Shown here in pieces: positions 16,771-24,494 of a DNA stretch of 31,035 bases. Under the pieces are notes generated by a model that was not told the DNA's origin, did no database searches, and was given only the letters and a program-made list of their open reading frames with translations. The DNA is taken from UHGV virus genome UHGV-0099061. One strand, 5' to 3'. Origin of the DNA: a virus. Position 1 is the stretch's first letter. Each line of letters starts with the position of its first letter. A program made the position numbers and the translations under genes.

Positions 16771-17137
16771 AATCTTTAATTGCTGTACCTGGTGAACTGT
16801 GTGTGATTGTATTGTATACAGACTTTGCCTTACTGCGATCTTTCCATTCTTTTAGGATGCAGTTATCAAACTTTGCGATAACCCTTGAAGGGGATAATTC
16901 TTCAACATCCATGTAAGTAAATCCTATCGTGCTGGTTACTGAATACCATACGTGATAACTATAATTACCGTCATGCTCGATTCTTTGTGGTTCCCCCATT
17001 ATTTTATTCACTTGCTCACAAGTCATTCCAACTTGCAAATTTTTATCAGCTAACTTAACGAAATCAGTTGATCTTGCGCACCCTGTAAGAGCTAAAGCCA
17101 TAACACCAATGAGAACCGCTTTGATTATTTTTTTCAT
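16763..17137 (-). CDS. lipoprotein (124 aa), second gene of reverse-strand pair; BamE/SmpA-like sequence character
   Basis: AAGGGG SD; signal peptide with lipobox LTGC; mature part (..LQVGMTCEQVNKIMGEP..) resembles small BamE-type lipoproteins as recalled. Confidence 0.65.
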   Translation of the reverse strand: MKKIIKAVLIGVMALALTGCARSTDFVKLADKNLQVGMTCEQVNKIMGEPQRIEHDGNYSYHVWYSVTSTIGFTYMDVEELSPSRVIAKFDNCILKEWKDRSKAKSVYNTITHSSPGTAIKDFN

Positions 17138-17147
17138 GATTTACCCC

Positions 17148-17807
17148 TTAATTCCAGTTGCAAGCGTTTTTCACTTTGTCGATGTGGTTATAAAGACCAT
17201 CAATGTTAAACACTGCTTTCTCAATGTCGCCAGCTTCCGGCACTACTTCAATGATGAATTGTTTTTCGTTAACCAGTTTTTTAATCATTGGGATGGCTTT
17301 TTTGCCGTCCCATAATCCAAGAGCTTTATAATTAGTTGACCGCCACCACTCAGTAGCTACAGCTTTGTGAACGCCGATCCGGTAGTTAATATAAGTAGTG
17401 TCCCCGGCGTCAGTTACATGGTGTGACCATGCTACGAACATTTTTGTTTTATTACCCTGGCAAGCGATTGTTAATACCGGTTTATTCTTATCCTGTGCCT
17501 TCAGTGTCGGGAAAGCATCAAGACTTCCGCTGAATTGTTCTGCTTTCACAAAAAGGAATACGTTTTTTGCGTCCTGCATATCATCTTTTCTTTCAACTAC
17601 AAGCCACTGTTTACCAGCATTTTCTTTTTCTAACTGTGCATCGTATGCGGCTTGTTTTGCTTGTTGTTCTGCAAGCCATTTAGCATTTTTCTCTGCTAAT
17701 GCTTGTTGCTCTTGATTGGTCACTATAGGCGCTTTTTCATTATCCTCATTGCAACCAACCAGACCCAATACCGCCGCAATCATTGCCACTTTTGCTAACC
17801 GTTTCAT
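17148..17807 (-). CDS. lipoprotein (219 aa), first gene of reverse-strand pair
   Basis: GGTGGG SD; signal peptide with lipobox LVGC; Gln/Ala-rich coiled-coil-like segment after the lipobox; promoter-like palindrome upstream. Confidence 0.65.
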   Translation of the reverse strand: MKRLAKVAMIAAVLGLVGCNEDNEKAPIVTNQEQQALAEKNAKWLAEQQAKQAAYDAQLEKENAGKQWLVVERKDDMQDAKNVFLFVKAEQFSGSLDAFPTLKAQDKNKPVLTIACQGNKTKMFVAWSHHVTDAGDTTYINYRIGVHKAVATEWWRSTNYKALGLWDGKKAIPMIKKLVNEKQFIIEVVPEAGDIEKAVFNIDGLYNHIDKVKNACNWN

Positions 17808-17852
17808 AACCCACCACGCTAACTTGATTTACTGACCATTCCCTTTAGCTTC

Positions 17853-17896
17853 CTTATACAAAATGGAGTCGTTGAAGTAAAGCCATTTTGTATAAA
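17853..17896. promoter_or_regulatory. perfect 12-bp palindrome TATACAAAATGG-16 bp-CCATTTTGTATA, probable divergent promoter/operator
   Basis: Seen directly; each arm gives CCATTTTGTATAA(A/G) pointing outward towards the lipoprotein operon (left) and tape measure gene (right). Confidence 0.55.
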
Positions 17897-17934
17897 ATAG
17901 ATGCACAGATCACATTTTTGCATGAGGTTAAATC

Positions 17935-20277
17935 ATGGCTACCAGTGTAGGTACAATTTATTACGAAGTTGATGCGAAAACTGGTCAACTTCTCGTTGCA
18001 CAACGACAGGCAGACCAGGCCTTTGATCGTATAGAGCGCGGCGCAAAACAGGCTGACCGCCAGGTAAACACCCTGAAAACATCCATCAAGGCACTGACCA
18101 GGGTTATCCATCTGCTAATTGCTGCGGAGGCTGTGCGCCAATTTATGGATATGGCGGAGCAAGCAAAAATGCTTCGCGTAAAAATCAAAATGCTTACGGG
18201 CGATGCGGAGTCCGCCGGACGGGTTTTCGACGGCCTGAAAGCAATATCCAGGGAGACGGGGCAGAGCCTGAAAGATACTGGCGAATTATGGCAAGGCCTG
18301 GCTATCTCACTAAAAAACACCTCCGCTACGGAAGGGCAATTGCTTAACCTGGTTGGCACTATTCAGAAAATGGGTGCATTAGGCGGCGCGTCAGCGGAAC
18401 AGATGTCTAACTCAATGCGTCAATTCCGTCAGTCTATCGACGGCGGTGTTCTTCGTGCCGAAGAATTTAACAGCCTGCTTGAAAATACGCCGACCATCGT
18501 ACAAACAATGGCCCGCCATATGGGATTATCAATGGGCCAGTTCCGCGCCGAAATGCTGGACGGCAAGATCACGGCTGAAAGGATGGTTAACGCAATACAG
18601 GCGGCTACGCAGGAAACAAACGATAAGTTTGCTCAGTTGCCGCGCACATCCGGCATGGCTATCAATGAGCTTAAAGTAGAAATTATGGGCCTTGTTGAGC
18701 AGTTGGATGATCTTTTTGGCGTGTCAGATGGCGTTGTTTCAGCTATCGACTTGATCACGAAAGGCGTTAAAGGGCTTGGCGATGGCGCTAAATTCGCTAA
18801 AACCTGCTTCGACACACTCAAAACGGCTGGTAGCGAATTTATCGACATGTTTGATGATGTGGCTGTTAAGGCTGGAGAGGTGGCAGAGAAGATCATCGCA
18901 ATGGTGACGCCAATCAAGGCGCTAATGGATGGCTATAAATGGATGAAGGAGGTAGTAGGAGAGCAAACCGACGAATATAACAGCAACTACGAGAAGAAAT
19001 ACGGGAAGACCGTTGGCAAGGTCATGCAACTACAGGATGATCTGACCGCAGCAATCCAGGCTACAGAAGAAGCAAGGAAAAATGAACAGAATGCTGCCAA
19101 TGACGGAGCGATTACCGGATTCGACAAGCCAGTAGACAAGCCGAAAAAACAGAAAAAAGAGAAGAAATCGGAAGCTGATCGGCTTGGTGACAAAGGTATA
19201 AGCGTTTCTGATCAGTATAACAAAGACGCCGCCGCCATGCGCAAAGCGTTGGAGAACGGCAAGGCCATTGATGCTGCATTTGCCCAGGGTAAAATCACGC
19301 TCCTTGAGTACCGCGCCGCGCAAAAAGGGATCGGCAAGGAACTGAAAGAAGAATTAGCACAAATTCCGGTAGATGAATTGCGTGATAAATGGTCACAAAT
19401 AGTAAGCCCGATGGATCAGCTAAAAGGCGAAGTTGACCCCATCCAGCAGGCGCAAAATGAATGGGCCATCCGTAAGCAAATGCTTATAGACCTGGGCGCT
19501 ACTGAAGCGCAACAGAAACAGGAATTGTTAGCCTATGAGCAACAGATCCGCGATCTGAAATGGGAACAATGGCAGGCGCAAAGCGACACAAACGGCCTTA
19601 TCGGTGATTGTGTTAATGGCCTTAAAGGCGGAATGAGTAATGCGCTTGTTGGCCTGTTAAACGGCACTCAATCATTGAGTGATGTTTTTGCTAACTTAGG
19701 AAGCAATATACTCGGCAATATCGGTAACAGACTCTCAGACATAGCTGCAAACTGGATAGCAGATCAGATCATGATGGAGACACAAAGCAAGGCCACGCAA
19801 ACAAGTACAACAGCAAGCGCGGTAGCAGCTCAGGGAAGCATTGCTGCGGCGGCGGCCCCAGCAGCGGCGGCAACTGCGGCGTCAACTGGCGGTAGCTGGG
19901 CGGCGGCTGGTTCGGCGGCGCTCACTGCGATCATGTCGCTGGCTACGTCAATTTTCGGCGGCGGTCGCTTTAATGGTGGTAGCGTCATTGGTGGTAATAT
20001 GTACCGCGTAGGGGAACACAACAGGCCGGAGCTATTCCAGACATCTAACGGCAATCAATATATGATCCCTGGCGAGAACGGCAGAGTTATTCCGGGCCGT
20101 GATATTGGCGGCGGTGGCGGTATTAGTATGCCTGTCAGTATCAGCATTCAGACCACGAACGGATTCAGCGACGAAGACAGCCGCAGACTTGAATTAACAA
20201 TGGAACGTGTAGCCATGAAAATGATAACAAGGGAATCTCAAAGACCAGGCGGAATGTTGCAACCTCGCCGCAAATAA
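17935..20277 (+). CDS. tail tape measure protein
   Basis: 780 aa, largest ORF between tail tube and tip genes; helical N-terminal region; Gly/Ala-rich hydrophobic segment near C-terminus; GAGGT SD. Confidence 0.8.
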   Translation: MATSVGTIYYEVDAKTGQLLVAQRQADQAFDRIERGAKQADRQVNTLKTSIKALTRVIHLLIAAEAVRQFMDMAEQAKMLRVKIKMLTGDAESAGRVFDGLKAISRETGQSLKDTGELWQGLAISLKNTSATEGQLLNLVGTIQKMGALGGASAEQMSNSMRQFRQSIDGGVLRAEEFNSLLENTPTIVQTMARHMGLSMGQFRAEMLDGKITAERMVNAIQAATQETNDKFAQLPRTSGMAINELKVEIMGLVEQLDDLFGVSDGVVSAIDLITKGVKGLGDGAKFAKTCFDTLKTAGSEFIDMFDDVAVKAGEVAEKIIAMVTPIKALMDGYKWMKEVVGEQTDEYNSNYEKKYGKTVGKVMQLQDDLTAAIQATEEARKNEQNAANDGAITGFDKPVDKPKKQKKEKKSEADRLGDKGISVSDQYNKDAAAMRKALENGKAIDAAFAQGKITLLEYRAAQKGIGKELKEELAQIPVDELRDKWSQIVSPMDQLKGEVDPIQQAQNEWAIRKQMLIDLGATEAQQKQELLAYEQQIRDLKWEQWQAQSDTNGLIGDCVNGLKGGMSNALVGLLNGTQSLSDVFANLGSNILGNIGNRLSDIAANWIADQIMMETQSKATQTSTTASAVAAQGSIAAAAAPAAAATAASTGGSWAAAGSAALTAIMSLATSIFGGGRFNGGSVIGGNMYRVGEHNRPELFQTSNGNQYMIPGENGRVIPGRDIGGGGGISMPVSISIQTTNGFSDEDSRRLELTMERVAMKMITRESQRPGGMLQPRRK

Positions 20278-20283
20278 ACTAAA

Positions 20284-20310
20284 CCCCGGTGCAATGCCGG
20301 GGTTATTTTT
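20284..20310. terminator. rho-independent terminator after tape measure gene (possibly bidirectional)
   Basis: Stem CCCCGG / CCGGGG with 7-nt loop followed by TTATTTTT; also lies 3' of the convergent reverse-strand gene. Confidence 0.65.
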
Positions 20311-20363
20311 CGTATTTATAAACGACCATTCCGCGCGATATATCCCCTTTCGAATATCTCGAC

Positions 20364-20618
20364 TCACTTATGAGTGCCTTTCACGCCACATAACTTGTTA
20401 TAGGCATGGTGCTCAACAATTAACCAAACCTTCAAATCTTCGCTAAACAGCCTCCAATCAAGATTGATATCCATTTTGTATCCGTAACCGTCGCGTAACT
20501 TTTTGGGGTAAACTTCTTTTCTCAGAAAGGCTTTAAGTAATTCCTTACCTTTCTTGATGATCCGGTCCTGTGCGTTTTTCTGTGCTTTCAGATTTCTGTC
20601 AATCGCTACCAGTTTCAT
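20364..20618 (-). CDS. hypothetical basic protein (84 aa), second gene of reverse-strand two-gene cassette
   Basis: ORF with GGGGTGAG SD 17 nt after the stop of the upstream 51-aa ORF; Lys/Arg-rich N-terminal half. Confidence 0.5.
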   Translation of the reverse strand: MKLVAIDRNLKAQKNAQDRIIKKGKELLKAFLRKEVYPKKLRDGYGYKMDINLDWRLFSEDLKVWLIVEHHAYNKLCGVKGTHK

Positions 20619-20635
20619 AACTCACCCCATCATCC

Positions 20636-20791
20636 TTAGTTAAGTGCCTTCAGGAAGAAGTCCCGGTATTCATCTTCTTTCGCATTCATCATGAATTGAC
20701 CGTATTTGAATGCGTCGTCGAAACCCTTAACGATTGCTATTTCCACTTGTTCGAATGCGTTATTTAGCATTACTACTACATAGCGTTTCAT
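20636..20791 (-). CDS. hypothetical small protein (51 aa), first gene of reverse-strand two-gene cassette
   Basis: Found by reading; GGAGG SD 5 nt upstream of ATG; MKRYVVVMLNNAFEQVEIAIVKGFDDAFKYGQFMMNAKEDEYRDFFLKALN. Confidence 0.4.
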   Translation of the reverse strand: MKRYVVVMLNNAFEQVEIAIVKGFDDAFKYGQFMMNAKEDEYRDFFLKALN

Positions 20792-20901
20792 TTTGGGCCT
20801 CCTTCGTTGGTACTACTTTCTTCTTGCTTTCTATATACATCTTGTTGCGTGCTATGTGAAGCCATTTTGTAAACTAGCTATAATCATTGTGACAATGATC
20901 T

Positions 20902-20928
20902 TATTTTTCGCGTAGAAGCGCGTAAAGA
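20902..20928 (+). promoter_or_regulatory. conserved 27-bp intergenic motif, copy 2, upstream of M-like gene
   Basis: 24/27 identical to 8589-8615; 31 nt upstream of ATG 20959. Confidence 0.45.
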
Positions 20929-20958
20929 TATATACAAAATGTAACTTGTGGGGGTTTT

Positions 20959-21312
20959 ATGCCGGAAGTGTTCAGATGGACGCCGCAAAGAAGCTACAGC
21001 GTGACCAGGAAGCCAGACGTATCTGTTGTTAAGCTGGGCGATGGTTATGAGCAAAGACAGGTAAAAGGTATCAATCCATTGCTTGATAGCTACACCCTGG
21101 TGTTTAAAGGCAGTAGCGCCGGATGTGGTGATGGTGGAAACGTAGCAATCCAGGCGGAAGCATTCTTGAGGGCGCGCGGCGCGGTCGAGGCTTTTTACTG
21201 GTCGCCGTCAATGGATAACGTGCAAAGGCTTTTTGTCTGTCGGCAATGGAGCATGACTAAAGACGGGCCTTTGTACACGCTAAACGCAACGTTTGAGCAA
21301 GTTGTTGGCTAA
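20959..21312 (+). CDS. minor tail protein (lambda M-like)
   Basis: 117 aa; FRW..., GDGYEQR and C-terminal FEQVVG resemble lambda M as recalled; position before L-K-I-J. Confidence 0.7.
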   Translation: MPEVFRWTPQRSYSVTRKPDVSVVKLGDGYEQRQVKGINPLLDSYTLVFKGSSAGCGDGGNVAIQAEAFLRARGAVEAFYWSPSMDNVQRLFVCRQWSMTKDGPLYTLNATFEQVVG

Positions 21313-21509
21313 TGGGGGTTGTTATGTACGGGACTTGTGTAGTTGACAAAACTTACGCTTTTACATTGTTTGACGACTATGAGATCAACGACCTTACTGT
21401 AAAAGCTGACAACGGCGATATATGGTATCTTCACGACGTTGGTGATGGGTACGTTGGGTGTAGATCCCGGGAAGGGAAGGAGGTTTTATTTTTGGTTGAT
21501 GGCGTATAA
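21312..21509 (+). CDS. small protein, paralog-family member relocated in tail module (65 aa)
   Basis: ATG overlaps M-like stop (TAATG); motif F..FDDYEI ... DNGDIWYLHD matches the early-region paralog family; followed by a terminator. Confidence 0.5.
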   Translation: MGVVMYGTCVVDKTYAFTLFDDYEINDLTVKADNGDIWYLHDVGDGYVGCRSREGKEVLFLVDGV

Positions 21510-21515
21510 ACACGA

Positions 21516-21543
21516 CCCCGCGCGAAGCGGGGTTATTTTTATT
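21516..21543 (+). terminator. rho-independent terminator
   Basis: Stem CCCCGC / GCGGGG with GCGAA loop followed by TTATTTTTATT. Confidence 0.6.
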
Positions 21544-21665
21544 CTATTTCCATTAATGCTATATTTTCTGCTATCGTTTTCCAGTCCAGATCTACAGCAT
21601 GAACGCCAAATACTATCAACCCCATTATTATTAGCGCCAAAACTTCTATTTTTATAATCAGTCAC

Positions 21666-21914
21666 CTATAAGTTATCACGCAGATAATTAACGCCCTTAT
21701 CAGTGACGAATGAATGGTTAACCTGGTTTTCATCCGTCATGATGATGAATAACTTTTCATGTAGGTATTTCGCTTTCGGGTACAGCGTTAAACAGACCTG
21801 GTACAGTATCCCGCGCTCAATCAGCAAATCAATAAATTCGTGTTCATGATAACCGATGAGGCGGGCGGCCTGTTTCAACGTGTACACATAATCACCGTGA
21901 TTGCGCCGCCCCAT
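21666..21914 (-). CDS. hypothetical protein with helix-turn-helix-like segment (82 aa), third gene of reverse-strand trio
   Basis: ORF; segment YTLKQAARLIGYHEHEFIDLLIERGIL looks like a DNA-binding HTH; start 9 nt after upstream gene stop. Confidence 0.5.
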   Translation of the reverse strand: MGRRNHGDYVYTLKQAARLIGYHEHEFIDLLIERGILYQVCLTLYPKAKYLHEKLFIIMTDENQVNHSFVTDKGVNYLRDNL

Positions 21915-21923
21915 GTTGCCGCC

Positions 21924-22271
21924 TTATTTATCGAATGCTGAAAGGTTATCGATACAGAAATCTTTCGCCGCTTTTTCGTATTCGCGTTTTGCTTCTGGAT
22001 CGTCAGCCGGGAAACCTTTTGCGTGTATTTCACCAGGGCAAGACTGGTCCATAGAATCTGCATAATAAGCAGTGAAGCTACCATTAATATCTTTCGGGTT
22101 CATATCTTCCACCTCATCAACTATCTGTACCGGATTAGCAGCATATTTCACTGGATGGCCTAAACTACATTCAAGAATCCTGCCTTCTTCCAGGGCTACT
22201 TCTTCGCTATCAAATAATCCGAAACACTCCTTGCTACCACTTAACCACACATCAAGACTGTATTTTTTCAT
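21924..22271 (-). CDS. hypothetical protein (115 aa), second gene of reverse-strand trio
   Basis: ATG 22271 with GAGG 9 nt upstream preferred over longer track ORF (to 22373); overlaps upstream gene by 20 nt. Confidence 0.45.
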   Translation of the reverse strand: MKKYSLDVWLSGSKECFGLFDSEEVALEEGRILECSLGHPVKYAANPVQIVDEVEDMNPKDINGSFTAYYADSMDQSCPGEIHAKGFPADDPEAKREYEKAAKDFCIDNLSAFDK

Positions 22272-22440
22272 TTTTGTTAGCCTCATATTTGACAGGTTCG
22301 ATCTGGTATCCCAAAAGGCGGTCATCCTCAGCAAGTAAAAGCGCGTCAACCAATGCTTCACCCTCGTCGTCATACAGGGCGATAACCTTTTCCCTACCGT
22401 CTGTCATGAATACCGTCAACTTCCATAGCTTTTCAGTCAT
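22252..22440 (-). CDS. hypothetical acidic small protein (62 aa), first gene of reverse-strand trio
   Basis: Strong GGAGGTG SD 6 nt upstream of ATG 22440 (longer track ORF to 22560 has no SD); Asp/Glu-rich. Confidence 0.5.
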   Translation of the reverse strand: MTEKLWKLTVFMTDGREKVIALYDDEGEALVDALLLAEDDRLLGYQIEPVKYEANKNEKIQS

Positions 22441-22569
22441 AACGCACCTCCGCGCCATTTTGTTAACTATGCTTCCGTTTGAGTAAAATATACATATTGT
22501 AAAAACCGCGATCAATCCATTTTGGTATGATTTAGCGTGACGCAGATCACAGAATGACAAGGTGAGAAA

Positions 22570-23274
22570 ATGCGCAATATTCCGAGAGAAATGATTATTG
22601 ATTCCGTCGATGCCGGAGTCGGCGCGGTAATTGACTTGTTTGAATTAGACCTCACGCCCCTGGGTGGCGAGGTTATCCGCTTCCATTCCGGCGTGAATGG
22701 CTATTACGGCCCGGTTATCTGGAAGGGGGTGGCTTACAACAGCTACCCTATCGAGGCCACTGGCTTCGAAATGAAAAACGAGGGTGTCTATTCACGCCCG
22801 CAAATGGTTGTAGCCAACATTGGCGGCCTAATCACCGGGATGAATAACGATTTCAACGACCTGCGAGGAATGAAAGTTACACGCCGCCAGGTGGAAGTAA
22901 AATACCTGGACGCCATCAACTTCCCCAACGGCAACCCGGATGCAGATCCGTCTATCGAGGCGGTGTCTTTTTACGTCGTTGAGGCGATGAGCGAAGAAAC
23001 AGCCGACCAGGTGCAATATGAGCTGTCAACGCCAATTGATGCTGACAAGGCGGTTATCCCAGGGCGCACAATCCTTGCTGACGTTTGCCAATGGCAATAT
23101 CGCGGCGACGGTTGCGGATACAGTGGCGGCCCTGTAGCTACTGATAAAGACGAATCGACCAGCGATCCAAAGCTGGATAAATGCAGCCACCGCCTGAGCG
23201 GTTGCCGTTTACGTTTCCCGCGCCCGAATCCGTTACCAATTTCATGTTTCCCAGGATCGAGCAAGGTGGGTTGA
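22570..23274 (+). CDS. minor tail protein (lambda L-like)
   Basis: 234 aa; AAGGTGAG SD; C-terminal Cys cluster (CQWQYRGDGCGY...C...C) as in lambda L; position. Confidence 0.8.
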   Translation: MRNIPREMIIDSVDAGVGAVIDLFELDLTPLGGEVIRFHSGVNGYYGPVIWKGVAYNSYPIEATGFEMKNEGVYSRPQMVVANIGGLITGMNNDFNDLRGMKVTRRQVEVKYLDAINFPNGNPDADPSIEAVSFYVVEAMSEETADQVQYELSTPIDADKAVIPGRTILADVCQWQYRGDGCGYSGGPVATDKDESTSDPKLDKCSHRLSGCRLRFPRPNPLPISCFPGSSKVG

Positions 23275-23276
23275 TT

Positions 23277-24008
23277 ATGGCACTTGAAGATAAAATGATT
23301 CGCTATGCAGCAGCCCACCCGCGCGAGGAAGTGTGCGGGCTGGTGATAGATAACGATTATTTTTACCCGTGCGCTAACGTGTCTGAAACGCCGCACAACA
23401 GCTTTAAAATCTCGCCTGACGATTATATCAAAGCTGACGAATTGGGCGTTATAACAGCCGTTTTCCACTCTCACGTTGAAGATATTCCGGTATTGTCGGC
23501 ACGGGATCGACAACAGCAGGTTATTTCCGGCCTGCCGTGGTTTTTATGTTCCGGTGGCATGGTGAGGAAATTCCGCCCGGTGGCGCACCTGTTAGGCCGT
23601 AAATTTGAACACGGGAAAACAGATTGCTACTCGCTTTTTCGTGACGCCTATCACCTTTGCGGCGTGGATCTGCCTGACTTTGAACGCCACGATGGGTGGT
23701 GGCTGCGTGGGGAAAACCTGTACATAAAAAACCTGCCATTGAACGGGTTTTTCATGGTTGATGCGCAAAGCATTCAGCCTGGTGACGTGATTATTCGCCA
23801 GCCGTTCAAGGGTGCTGACCCATGTCACGCGATGATTTACCTGGGCGATAACACTGTTTTGCATCATGACAATGCCGGACTGCTAAGCCGCCGCGAGCAA
23901 ATGCGGCCCGCGTATGTTCGACAAACGCATTCAATATGGAGATCTGACAAATGCTCAAATTTAGATTTACGGGCAATCTTCGAAGATATTACGGCAAAGT
24001 GTGTTTAA
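23277..24008 (+). CDS. tail assembly protein (lambda K-like; MPN/JAB plus NlpC/P60 peptidase domains)
   Basis: AGGTGG SD before ATG 23277; HSH motif in N-terminal half; Cys (DCYSLF) and His (HAMIYLG) typical of NlpC/P60; position. Confidence 0.8.
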   Translation: MALEDKMIRYAAAHPREEVCGLVIDNDYFYPCANVSETPHNSFKISPDDYIKADELGVITAVFHSHVEDIPVLSARDRQQQVISGLPWFLCSGGMVRKFRPVAHLLGRKFEHGKTDCYSLFRDAYHLCGVDLPDFERHDGWWLRGENLYIKNLPLNGFFMVDAQSIQPGDVIIRQPFKGADPCHAMIYLGDNTVLHHDNAGLLSRREQMRPAYVRQTHSIWRSDKCSNLDLRAIFEDITAKCV

Positions 24009-24481
24009 ACGTTGATACGCCAGCACAAGGACTTAGCCTATTGACCGCGCAGAATCAGGAGTTCAAGAAGGCTTTTTTAAATACACCTTTGCGGTTACGG
24101 ATTGCCGGGAAAGATTATAACGAAAAGACGGCCCCGGCAGCGGTTAATAGTAAATACCCTGACGGAACTACCGTCATTATTGCGCCAGTAGTTGAAGGCG
24201 GTATTGCTGGGATTGGTGTTGTAGGCTGGATCCTGATTGGTGTTTCGGTGGTTAGCGTTGCGTTCTCAATCTTTATGTCCCGCAACATGAAGATAAAAAC
24301 ATCGGCAGAAAGCGCACAAGATAACACCATAACGAACAACACCTACACCAGCATTGAAAACAAGGTGGGCCAGGGTAGACCAGTGCCAATACTATTAGGT
24401 GAAATGAAAATAGGTTCAAACGTCGGATCGTTAGGCATAGACACAAGCAACAATAGAGACGCCTTAGACGTTGTAAGTTAA
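23951..24481 (+). CDS. tail assembly protein (lambda I-like)
   Basis: GGAG SD before ATG 23951; overlaps K-like 3' end by 58 nt; C-terminal hydrophobic segment; position immediately before J-like gene. Confidence 0.7.
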   Translation: MLKFRFTGNLRRYYGKVCLNVDTPAQGLSLLTAQNQEFKKAFLNTPLRLRIAGKDYNEKTAPAAVNSKYPDGTTVIIAPVVEGGIAGIGVVGWILIGVSVVSVAFSIFMSRNMKIKTSAESAQDNTITNNTYTSIENKVGQGRPVPILLGEMKIGSNVGSLGIDTSNNRDALDVVS

Positions 24482-24494
24482 CAGGAGAAAAACC

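Noticed and set aside
17904-17914. Shared 11-mer CACAGATCACA at 17904 and 29894 (CAGATCACA also at 22542) as a second regulatory motif
   Set aside because: Exact 11-mer matches between two sites are expected by chance many times in 31 kb, so this is not significant alone; it may simply belong to the CCATTTTGT promoter context.
17985-19323. Several 68-124 aa minus-strand and alternative-frame ORFs inside the tape measure gene
   Set aside because: All lie within the 780-aa tape measure ORF, with no start context and biased low-complexity composition.
20364-20618. Naming the 84-aa protein as a RelE/ParE-type toxin
   Set aside because: Gene order and size fit, but I cannot find RelE/ParE, HicA or other toxin signature residues, so it stays hypothetical.
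22374-22560. Longer minus-strand ORF versions extending the first and second trio genes
   Set aside because: The upstream starts have no SD, whereas the internal ATGs at 22440 and 22271 have GGAGGTG and GAGG sites.
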